From Salpingoeca rosetta (taxonomy: Eukaryota > Protista > Choanoflagellata), in NCBI GenBank assembly GCA_033442325.1, contig JAWQFM010000030.1:606465-649790 (forward strand): 43,326 nucleotides of DNA, in the 5' to 3' direction. The notes under the pieces were generated by a model. The model made no database searches, was not told the origin of the DNA, and saw nothing but the letters and a program-made list of their open reading frames with translations. This document shows, in pieces, positions 28,869-40,769 of this stretch. Each line of letters opens with the position of its first letter. Within the stretch, counting starts at the first letter, position 1. Position numbers and translations under genes: made by a program.

Positions 28869-29573
28869 ACCACATAGACATGCAAGTACCCGTGTCACGA
28901 GTGGAGTTGGTGCCGGGAAAGCCTGTCGTTCCAATTGCTGTAAAGCAAAGATGCACACAAGTGTTGAATTCTCAAAAGTTGCACATCGTCATGCAGATTT
29001 GACTTTGCGGTCCCACAACACAGTTCAATAATGTAACCCAAACACACAGACACAGACACAGACACAGACGCACAGATACAGACACAGACGCAGACACAGA
29101 CGCACAGATACAGACACACATGCGCAGACGGACAGACCTTGGCTCGTGCCGTTACTGGTGGCGGTGGTGGAAATGGGATGGAGGCAGCAGAGGAGGAGAA
29201 GGAGGAGGAGTGGAATCGGCAGGATGGGAGGCGAAGTAAGGAAAGGCGTGCGTGCCTGCAGGCACGATGGGCGCCTCAAATGGGGGTGTGCGACTGATGG
29301 GCGGTGTGCTGTTGTCGGGGAGTTGACCTTGCTGGCTCGATGTGGTTGATCGCGTTGCTCATGCACGCGAAGCCTGATCGGGCAGCGGCGTGGGTGTGCG
29401 TGTTGCTTCTGCTGGCGGTGGTGGTGGGCGTAACACTGGTGATGCCGGGATTTGCCTTGCTTACGCTCGTGATCAGAGACTGCTGCTGCTGCCGCTGCTG
29501 CTGCTGTTGCTGGTGGTGAGTCCAGGAGGGAAAGGGATACACGTGTTGCTGCTGCTCTGCTGCTGTTGCACAT
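24129..29573 (-). CDS. Uncharacterised membrane protein: hydrophobic signal/anchor, about 35-aa ectodomain, TM helix, long disordered tail with Tyr motifs
   Basis: Phase-consistent exons: (29573?)-29138, 28937-28890, 28574-28486, 28353-27715, 27148-25433, 25087-24991, 24472-24129. Product reads [29 protein letters not shown]|AIGTTGFPGTNSTRDT|GLSVGVFQEEEHTPPFVYFAIGAASFILFV|AVVAIVVMVRNNQSTRR... and ends QPVAL*. The start codon and a possible extra exon (about 27590-27506) are uncertain. Confidence 0.65.
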
Positions 29574-30239
29574 TGCGAAACGGAGGCGTGCGGGGAGAAG
29601 CGAGTGCACGCCCGACAATGGCAATCGTCGGCGACGTCGTTGTTGTTGTCCTTTGCCGTCCTCGTGGTGGCAGGAAGGAAGAGGGGAGTCGTGGTGGTGG
29701 TGGTGGTGGTCGACGCGAAAATGGTAGTGGTGGTGGTCGTCGTCGTCGCCTTGTGAGGGATCACAATACAACAGGTGGGTGGGTGAGCTTTGGGGAGCAA
29801 CATGCAAAATGGGCCGCGAGTAACGGTGGACGTTGAAGGGGAGAAGGAGAAGGAAGGGGGGGGGGGAAGGGGAAAGAAGTGATGAGGGAATGAATGAATG
29901 AATGAGCACAGGGTGCGCTGCAATCCGGGGGAACAAGGAGGAGGTACAAGACTCACAGCACACAACAATGAACACACACACACACACACACGCACACACA
30001 CACACACACACGCACACACAACACAACACATAGACATGCACATAACCGCCGTGACATGCAGCACGACAACGCTGGTGCACTGCCCAGCAACGCGCCACGA
30101 GAAACAAAAAGGCGCGCGCGCAAACAGAGGTGCATGACACACGATCGACACGAAACACGCAAGACCGAATGATCTGTGGCCACAACAACGGGCAAGCGCG
30201 TGGGTGCGTATCGACGCAGTCCACAGCAACGCCCACAGC

Positions 30240-30288
<49 letters not shown>

Positions 30289-30452
30289 CCACACACACAC
30301 ACACACACACAGCCACTCGTCTCACCTAGCGAACGCTGTGGGCCGGAGGGTGTTGGCTCGCTACCCTCAAACTAATAATTGCTGTGATCTCGAGCCTGTG
30401 ATGCAACGGCACGAGTGATGAAAGGACTCACGGTCGCAGCGCCAAGGCGCAT

Positions 30453-31430
30453 GCAAGATGTGGCTCGGTGATGGGCAGGCCGATGCAAAGGTGCGCACGC
30501 TGGGCGGCAGCAGCAGCAACAACGCTGGCAGGACGTGGGGAAATGAGAAGACGTCGAAGCAAGACAGCAATCCGTCCCCCCATGCAACAACACCACCACA
30601 ACAACAAAAACGTGCAGCCTGTGTGTGCTGGTGCTGGCAGTGTTGTTGCTGTTGACCGGGTGGCTGGCTTGTTCCGCACGCACACACAGCAGTGGGGAGG
30701 GAGAGAGTGTGTGAGTGAGTGAGAGGTGACCAATGGCTGGATGGTTCAGTGAGCGCGCGCGGGGGTGTGGGGTGGTGTGTCCTTTGCCAGGCAACACCAA
30801 CCAGTGGTTGTCCGCGCGATATTTGGATGTGGGTGTTTAGTTGTTTGGTGGAGGTTGGTTGGCTGCGCGTGTCCGAGTCGTAGCGGGGGCAGTAACGGTC
30901 GGATACGTGGAGATGGTGGGTGCTCGCGCACTTGCACCTTGGTGCTTGCAGGCAACAACCCTTCCCAGTCGCCGTGCAACGCGGCGTGTTGTAGGGACGG
31001 CTTTGGCGTGTTTAACGACGCAAGTCTGCACGCCTCCACTGGTGTTCTGCCGTGTTCTCCTGCACGTCTTGATGTGCGTGTGTCCCTCGCTCCCGTGGCT
31101 GTCGCTGTGCGAGCACAGCTCGTCGTTCAGGCAACCCCCAAGTATCGACACGTCTGCCCGTTGGTTGTGGGCTGTGCGGTGGTTGGTTGGTTGGTTAGTT
31201 GGTTGGCCTACTGGGTGGTTCACTCTCACTCCCATCACTCACTAACAGCCACACTCGCAGTGGCCTGGGTGATGTGATCGAGTTGGCTGGCAACCTGCCA
31301 CGTTGCCCAGAGGCACCGCCGCCGCCACAGATTCAAACCAACACCCGAAAACAACTGCATGCACGCATCGTTGACCGGCAATGGCTGTATGCAACATCAT
31401 TTATTACAAATAAACTGAATTCAGTCGCGC
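30453..31430 (+). CDS. Possible small spliced hypothetical gene
   Basis: Several short AG...GT-bounded segments (about 30790-30828, 30952-31024, 31119-31159, 31261 onward) can be joined in frame. No domain, secure start or stop was found. Confidence 0.2.
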
Positions 31431-31432
31431 GC

Positions 31433-31538
<106 letters not shown>

Positions 31539-31748
31539 NNNNNNNNNNNNNNNNNNNNNNNNNNNNNNNNNNNNNNNNNNNNNNNNNNNNNNNNNNNNNN
31601 NNNNNNNNNNNNNNNNNNNNNNNNNNNNNNNNNNNNNNGCATATGTGTGTGTGCATATGTGTGTGTGTGTGTGCATGTGTGTGTGTGTGTGTGCATGTGT
31701 GTGCACCATCTCTCTGGTGGTGTTAAAGGACTCAAAGTTGCCATCTGC

Positions 31749-32056
31749 TCATTGTTGCTGTGCGCGCTGTCGCTCAAAGTCCAACACCATCTCCTGCGCA
31801 ATGCACAACGACATCCGTCCACCCATCCATGCACTGTAAGGATCCGGGAATGCCCCAGACACACGGCGGAGGGAGGCATCAAGTAAAGCGACCACAGTCG
31901 TACGCACATCCACACACACACACACACACCCAGAACACAGACACACACCCAGAACACAGACACACACCCAGAACACAGACACACATCCACACACACACAT
32001 GCATGCACAAACACATGCACATGCAGAACACACACACAGGCACACACACACCCAGA

Positions 32057-32088
<32 letters not shown>

Positions 32089-33734
32089 ACATTCACATAC
32101 CTGTCGAAAGATGTGTGATCCCGGCTCCCACGTGTTGTGGTCGTCGGAAAAGCCAAACCACTTGATCAGATACAGCTCAAGGCCATCCGATGCCCGCGTG
32201 CGCTTGTCCAATATCGCCTCCACAAGCAGCGGCGTGGACGCTGCGACTGGAATTGCGTCGTTGCCGTTGCTGCTGACAACATTATCGCCACCGCCACCCT
32301 TGTCTTTGCTGCCTGTCACGTGTCTACCCTTGCTGGCAGTGCTGTGTTCCTTGTTGTTGCTGCTGGTGCTGCACATCTTTTCGCTGTTGCTGATGCTGTT
32401 GTCGTGGTTGGTGGTGCTGGTGCTGTCGTGTTGTTCATCTCCACCATGACGGGACTCGACCGTGTCGATGTCCTGCGCGCGACCGTCGTCGTCTTTGCCG
32501 TCGCCGTTGTCGTCGCTGCTGGGATCGGGTGCGATGTGGGCTGGATCCGGGGTGGATATGAGCCGGGATGCTGCCACATTTGCAGAAGTGGCGTGGGTTT
32601 GTTTGGCGTGCGCTGGCGGCGGCGACAGAGGTGGTGAGGACGGTGAGCGGGGTGACGGCCTGGCAATCACCGCTGTCGCTGTGGTGATGATATCGCCGCT
32701 GTGTGCGCTTGCGGCTGGCGTCAGTGCAGCCTTCCTGGCCGTCTGCTTCCCCTTTGCCATCGTGGGTCCCTTCTTCGGGCTCGATGCCGCGCTTGATGAT
32801 GATGACGACGAAGACCCCTTGCCGGTTCAAGACGCAGAGCAGTGATGGCACATGAGCGGATGCGTGTGTCGCATCGTTGATGCGACGGGATGGAGTGAGA
32901 TGAGGTGAGATAACATGGGGGGGGGGGAAATACCATGAATATTTGCGTACTCCATACACATCCATGCGCGCTTCCACCCATACACGCACAAGCACAAACA
33001 CAAGCACAAGCACAAGCACAAGCACAAGTATACAAGTACACAAGCATACAAGTATACATACATACAAGTATACAAGTATACATACATACATTCATACACA
33101 CATACATACATACACGCACACAAGCACACACAAGCACACACACATGCAACAGTTTCTTTGAGCTTACGAGGAGTCGCATGGCGAGTTGAAGCTTCCGCTG
33201 TTCTCGGCGCGACGTGTCCGGATCAAAATACTCCACACTCTCCTTTGAGTGGGTCACAAGTCGGCTGAGCTCTCGACTCTTGCCGCGCGTCGGTCTGGCC
33301 ATGCCGCGTCTCCCTGGTGACGCCGGCAGTGACCCTGATGATGACGACGACGGCGACGACGACGGCAGTGGTGGTGGTGCCAGTGCTGATGTTGCGTGCT
33401 TTTGTTGCTGCCGATTCCCATCCTCGTCCTCCGTTGTTGCTCTCCTCCACTTGACCCTCTTGTTCCTCAAGTCGCCACCACCATAACTTTCCCGACTGCC
33501 CCAGCTACTGCCACGACGACCGCCACTGTCGCCACCTCTACTCCCTCGACTCCCTCGACTCCCTCGACTCCCTCGACTCCCTCGCCTCGCACCTCTACTT
33601 CCTCTACTTCCTCTACTTCCTCTACTTCCTCTGCTACCACCTCGATCACCCCTGCCTCTGCTTCCGCTGCCACCACCACCACCACGGCTGCTAACACCAC
33701 CACCACGGCTGCTAACACCACCTTGCCTCATCAT
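31749..33734 (-). CDS. RG/RS-rich chromodomain protein (about 442 aa) with internal histone H3-tail-like motif and C-terminal chromodomain
   Basis: Exons 33734-33168, 32817-32101 and 31793-31749, all phase 0. N-terminus MMRQGGVSSRGGG...(RGS)n; internal MAKGKQTARKAA; chromodomain LLVEAILDKRTRASDGLELYLIKWFGFSDDHNTWEPGSHIFRQ|EMVLDFERQRAQQQ*, matching the VE-I-KR...YLxKWxG...TWEP...C-terminal helix consensus. Confidence 0.8.
33530..33640 (-). repeat. 9-bp coding tandem repeats encoding (RGS)n
   Basis: Plus-strand units ctccctcga and cttcctcta, each repeated about 4 times, in exon 1 of the chromodomain gene. Confidence 0.85.
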
Positions 33735-33863
33735 CGTCCCCGGATTGCGGAAAAGTGACGATGTTGCCCACAAATCGTCACAACTTCCTTGCCCCAACTT
33801 CACACGAACAACAAACAACAAAAAACAACAAGCAAGCGCGAGCCACCACAACACACGCCCGTC
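33735..33863. promoter_or_regulatory. Very compact bidirectional promoter/5'UTR region
   Basis: Only 129 bp separate the two inferred divergent ATGs. Confidence 0.45.
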
Positions 33864-36800
33864 ATGTGGCAGCGGCTGCGTGGGAAGAAGGGCAACCGGG
33901 AGCTGTTACCGCTGCTTGATGATGCGTTGGAGGGGCAGCGAGGAACACACAGCACAGGCATCTCGTTCACGTTTGACGACGACGATGGCGATGGCGATGG
34001 TGACGGGCACAACAACGACGGCAGTCCTGTCGTTGCACACCACCAAAACGCACACCACCAAAACGCACACAACACAAACCCGGAACAACCGCAACCACAA
34101 CAACCACCACAAGAACCACCACAAGAACCACCACAACAGCAGCAAGAGTCGCAGGAAGGCGTAGCAGGGGCACAGATTTCAGCGCAGCAAAGAGGCGGCT
34201 TGTCGCCCGCCGCGCTTGCGACCACATCACAGGCGCAATCAACAGCACAGCACAAGTCAACATCCCAGCAACCGCAGTTCGACGAAACCACGTCCTTGCT
34301 GACGAGCACCCCGGCTCGCCACCCGCATGTGAGCAGGACCGTGTTTTATCCAGCAGGGCCTGTTGACAGCGGCAGCGAGGCGTTCCATCACCGACATGCG
34401 CCTCCACGTGCGACCATGCAACATGATGTGGTGGTGGTGCAGGACAACAGCGGCAGCAGCCCCAGCAGCACCGCCTACGCCCTGACAACACCTCCAGCCT
34501 CTGTGCCGCTGAGCGACTCCGAAGCCTGCTGCATGTGCTGCTGTCCACCAGCGTTCTGGATCGGCAAGGGCCAGTCGTCACACCCGACGACAAACGCGGA
34601 TGCAGCGCCTACCATGATGGGACCCCTGACGCCGGAAGATGCGCTCGACGCTGCGCAGCGGGAGGCAGCGTTGCAGCTGGCCAAGATGGCGTGGTCCTGG
34701 GCTGTCAGCGTGGTCGTCTGCCTTGGCAGCCTGGGCTTGCTGTGCGTTGGCGTGTTTGCTCTGAGCAACAACCTGCCTGCGAGTCTGTACTACGCGTTTC
34801 ACCAGCAGGCGACCACGCCCGTTGCATCGCCCACGTTCTGGTTTGTGCTGAACCTTGCCGCCATCTTCGTGGTGCTGGACTTCAGCCTGCTCCAGCGCGC
34901 AGTGCACCACATTGCGCACGTGCGCTACACAGCATGGCGAACACGGCACATGTCCCTCCTCGCTCGCCGCCGCAAACAACGTCGTGCCGGTGGTGGTGAT
35001 GGTGGTGGTGGCAATCGTGGTGATGGTAGTGGTGATGTTGATGATGGTGTTGATGGTGGTGGTGATGATGGCGGTGCTGGGGATGAAGGGATGACAGGTC
35101 ATCGCCGACACCGCAACGCCACTGAAAATAGCAGCAGCAGCAACAACCACAACAACAACAATAGGGCATGGCCACAATCGCGTAGCCTTGGAGAGGGTGG
35201 TGTCGGCGTCCATGGCGGTGTTCGTCGTGGTCGCGGTGTGCAAACTGGGATGGCGTGGGCCGTTGGTGCTCTGGCCGTCACGGGCATTGCTGTGGACATC
35301 ATCTTGCTTGCTGATCAGGAGGACACACGCTGGGTTGGTACTGGAGTTGGTTTGTGTGTGTGTGTGCGTGTGCGTGTGCGTGCGTGCGTGTGTGTATGCG
35401 TGTGTGTGCTTGTGTATCGACGTTGTTTGTTGCTTGCGTGTGGTTGTTGTTGTCCCTTGCTTTGTCACGTCCGTGTGTTTCCCATGCATTGTGTCTCTTC
35501 CTTCTCGTTTTGAACTCACATTTCATCCCTCTCCTTATTTTTTGGTTCTCTTCCACATGACACGTGTACGCCAGGGATACGTGGTGTCGCTGGTGCTGCG
35601 GCTGCTGTTTCGAATGGCGATGGTCGTCATTATTCCTTGCGTCATCGATACCATGCCATGTCAGCAACGAGTATTGCACGTGCACGCGTGCATGTGCTCG
35701 ATCGCTTTGGGCCTGTCTTGCGCATTCGGGGGAAGATTGGGTGGAGAGTCAGCACGCCCTCGTGATGATTGTCCCTTCCATTAACACACACACACACAAA
35801 CATGTGCGAAAGCGCGCACTCTCTCACCCTGTGTTGACTGCTGCTGCTGCTGCTGCTGCCATGTTTTCGATCCGCAGGGAGGCACACCTCACCAAGCATC
35901 CGCCAACCGCCGCCACAAGAACACGACCAAGAGCAAGAACAACGGCAACAACCACAGCAACAACAATTGTACCCTCCACAACCACCTCCACCACCACCAC
36001 AACCACCACAACCACCACAACCACCACAACCACTGGGGCTGCTTGAAGGTGAAGCCACGCCGCAGCAGAAACAGCGACAGCTGCTGCTGTCACGCGTGCG
36101 CGACGCTGTGTTGGTGCTGGGCCTGTTGTCTGCCCACCTGGCCATGGTGATCGATGCAATGGCATTTGCAGTTGTGCTCATGATGGGCACGGCGCAGCCA
36201 AACCAAGACGGTGTTGGTGGTGGTGATCGCGAGACGGGCGGCTGGGTGCCTGGTTCGCCCGGATTTGTGGTCCTCCTCGGCACATCGGTCCTCCCTCTGG
36301 CAATGCAGTCCTACCTGTGTTTTCGAGCGCTGTACCGGCTGCTGCTGCGGGTGGAGGCGCACATGCGCATGTCGCCGTCCCTGCCATGCATTCTCGCGTG
36401 CGGCTGCTGCCTTGCACCCATCGCCCCGACACTTGAAGGTGATGATGGTGATGGTGGTGGTGATGGTGATGGTGATGGTGGTGTGAGCGACGAGGTCATT
36501 GGGCTGAGCATGATGTGGGGGATGGCTTTTGGCGCTGTACCGCCACATGCGCAGGTGAGCAGCAGCCATCGCCACCACCACCAGCCCCTCCCACTGCAAC
36601 AACACCAACACCAGCAGCAGATGTTGATGCATGCACAGCCACCGGCATACGCACCATATGGCGAGTGCGGCTATCAACGAAGCGCCCTTGGTGGTGGTGG
36701 TGGTGGTGGTGGTGGTGGTGGAGATAGCACATACGACCACCTTCATCGACCACACCAGCAGCAGCAGCAGCAGCAGCAGCATTGGCAACAACACACTGGG

Positions 36801-37705
36801 GAGCATCGCGTTGGGGCGGATGGGCTGTTCGTTTGCGACGACACGACAATGGCAACAACGGGCAACGGTGGGACGACGATGACAACGGTGCCTGCTGCAA
36901 TGGTGATGATGGGTGATAGCTTCCACAACAGGATGCTGGATGACACGCGCACAACGCAGCATGACCGCACACAAGGAGGTGGGTTGCACTGTGGTGTGGC
37001 GTGTTGTGGCGTGTGGTGGCGTGTGGTGGCGTGTGGTGGCGTGTTGTAGGCCTATCATCTTTCCGTGGTTTTGTTCCTGCCAGCGTTTGGATGCAGTGTT
37101 GCGTGTCTGTGACTTGTGCGCTCACACCTCTGGAAATGCAATCGTCCCATCTGTCTTCGCATACCCCCGTGCTCACCACATCCCCTCCCTCATCCACACC
37201 ACACGACAGCGCCCAATGACGTTCTTGGGGCGCACTCCCTGCTGGCCTCAACCCCGCCAGCAACAACAACGGCAACAGCAGCACGACAGAGTGGTGATGC
37301 TGGTGATAGCAGTATGCAACAAGATGCTCGTGGTGGTGGTGGTGGTGTTGGTGTTGGCGACAGTGATCGACTTCCTGCTGTACCCGTTCGCCGGTCGAAA
37401 CGACACAAAGACAACAACAACAATGATGATGATGCTGGTGGCAGTGGCAGTGATGGTGATGGTGATGATGGTACTGGCAGTGGTGGTGATGATGATGATG
37501 CTGATCCCGTGTACATGGTCCCGGTCCGTGGAAAGCGAAGTGGCCGTGATGGTGATGGTGATGGTGGTGGTAATGGTGTTTGGTGGGCAAAGTTGTCGCA
37601 GAGCGCCGACACGTCGCATGAGCACGAATACGAGGTGCGTGTGTTCATGTGTGCGTGCGTGTGCGTGTGTGCGTGTATCCTGTGTGCGTCTTGTGTGTGT
37701 GTATC

Positions 37706-37750
<45 letters not shown>

Positions 37751-38065
37751 GCTATCATCATGCACTGACACTCAAACACACACACACACACACACATGCA
37801 CGCACATGTGCAGGTGCTGTCACCGCGGGAAGACAATGGTGACGATGATGGCGATAGCGGTGATGAAGAGCGCGTGACGCGGTATGAGACGCACGACTGG
37901 TCGTCGCCCTCATCCCCAACGCGTGGTGCCGCGTTTGCACCGCCGCCACCCGAGATGGTGGAGCAGGGTGGACACGTGGTACTGTCGAAGATAGGGCACG
38001 AGGAGGACGAGGACAAGGAACACGGTGGTAGTGATGATGGTGATGGCGATGAAGCAGTGGAGTGA
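33864..38065 (+). CDS. Uncharacterised multipass (about 6 TM) membrane protein with N-terminal dileucine sorting motifs and a Tyr-bearing acidic tail
   Basis: Exons approximately 33864-35333, 35575-35659, 35878-36978, 37211-37634, 37814-38065. Hydrophobic segments: AWSWAVSVVVCLGSLGLLCVGVFAL, FWFVLNLAAIFVVLDFSLL, MAWAVGALAVTGIAVDIILLA, WGYVVSLVLRLLFRMAMVVIIPCVI, AVLVLGLLSAHLAMVIDAMAFAVVLMMG, FVVLLGTSVLPLAMQSYLCF. Family not recognised. Confidence 0.7.
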
Positions 38066-38245
38066 TGGATGACACGTCGGGGAAGTGTCCGTGTACACGT
38101 CTGCGTGTTCCTGTTACATGACATACATTGTGGCGAGCGACAAAGCCACTTCCAACTGCCGTGACATGATGTGTGACATGCTCACACGTGTCAGGGTGTT
38201 TTGTTCCATAAACGACAACAGCAAAGGCACTTCACAAGCAAAGAC

Positions 38246-39246
<1,001 letters not shown>

Positions 39247-39276
<30 letters not shown>
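39247..39276. repeat. (AC)n microsatellite, 3' flank or tail of the retroelement fragment
   Basis: About 15 AC units immediately after AATAAA. Confidence 0.9.
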
Positions 39277-39277
<1 letters not shown>

Positions 39278-40769
39278 AGCCGGCCCGAAATCTACGCCTA
39301 ACCGAGAGAAATCTACCCGCTACTCATTGACCCACTTCGTGGCGAAGTGTGACGAGGTGCAAGGATTCATTTGCCGCGAGAGATTCAAATTTGCCAGTTT
39401 GCACCGAAGAACACCGAATGTTGCAAGGCACTTTTCGTGGTTTCTGAGCGGCACTGGTGTGCCATGTCTTAATACCCGGCTTGCCCTCGAGCTGTACCGA
39501 GGTCAATACGCAAATAAACCACAGTACTTAGTCACTGCTCAACGCTCTTTCAGACGATATAAGTTTCATTTCCATACTCCCATTATTTCTTGAGTTATGC
39601 CCAGAGTTGTGAGGGGTGGATTTGGACCCAACCACACCCTTTCCAGACCCTGTGTTGTATCAGAGCGTCGCCCTGCTGTACAACGCCTATGGTGGGCCTT
39701 ACGAGGCGTCCTCGCATTGAATTATGCCGCAGGTTGCCTCTCTCTGGCCTTAATACTTGATTTGAGGTTTTGACATGCATTTACACCAAGTCAAAAGGCC
39801 AACGTGTATTTATTGTGGTTTACATAGACACTTTGCTCATAATTATAATAATGTGTGTGCTTGTGCACATGTACCCATCTCATTTGTCGCAAACGCACTG
39901 GCGCGCGTCCCTGTGGTGTAATTCCATGCCCAGAACAAGTACAAATGCACGGCAGCGTCTCGGACGCACGCATTACTGTCCATTCGATGCATTATGAGCC
40001 AAAGAAACGACGAAAAGTCGCCCATTCGCGCACTGGAAGCAGTGCGGCAGCGCTCACGAAACAAGGGCCTGATCCATAGGTGTCCCTCACCGACCTCCAC
40101 CAGTGCATGTCCCCTTTCAAATGCCCCCTCGAGTACCCCATACACACACCCGCTTTTCATGCGGAACTGTCTCCAACAGTGTCATTTATTGGTGAAGAGC
40201 TGCAGCTCGCCAACAGCAGGTCGAATCAAGCACACGTCTATGAAGGCAGCCATGGCAACACAGGCGACACTCCCAGACCACCGAAGGCACGCATCTCAAA
40301 CCCGCAGCACACTGCGCAGCACACACGCGTGTTATATGACATGCAAAAAGNNNNNNNNNNNNNNNNNNNNNNNNNNNNNNNNNNNNNNNNNNNNNNNNNN
40401 NNNNNNNNNNNNNNNNNNNNNNNNNNNNNNNNNNNNNNNNNNNNNNNNNNTTGCACACGCACCACTCCCACCATCGGGGCACCATCTCACCTCGTCTGGT
40501 AGCCTGACGTTCACTCGCTTGGGAGCTGAGTGCAACGGGCAGGTCGTCTGTTCAACACACCACAGGTGGCAGTACGTGAGTGTGATGCCCTAGCGGAGTA
40601 GTGTGCACGCACAAGCACGAGGACACCAGGAGTGTTACCGCTTTCATCTGAAGGCGTGCGTTCCGGTGGACGCTCCAGATTGAGCCTGAGAGGTTGCAGC
40701 TGCCGTCTCCTTCCGTCGCCTGTGGTCGGGTGTGCAAGCGCAAGCATAACCGAGGACACAGTGAGATGG

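Noticed and set aside
31749-32229. Chromodomain as a chromovirus integrase remnant
   Set aside because: No integrase, RT or LTR nearby, and the domain is interrupted by a spliceosomal intron within a host-like gene.
33168-33210. UIM-like helix REQRKLQLAMRLL
   Set aside because: Lacks the acidic N-terminal patch and the conserved Ser.
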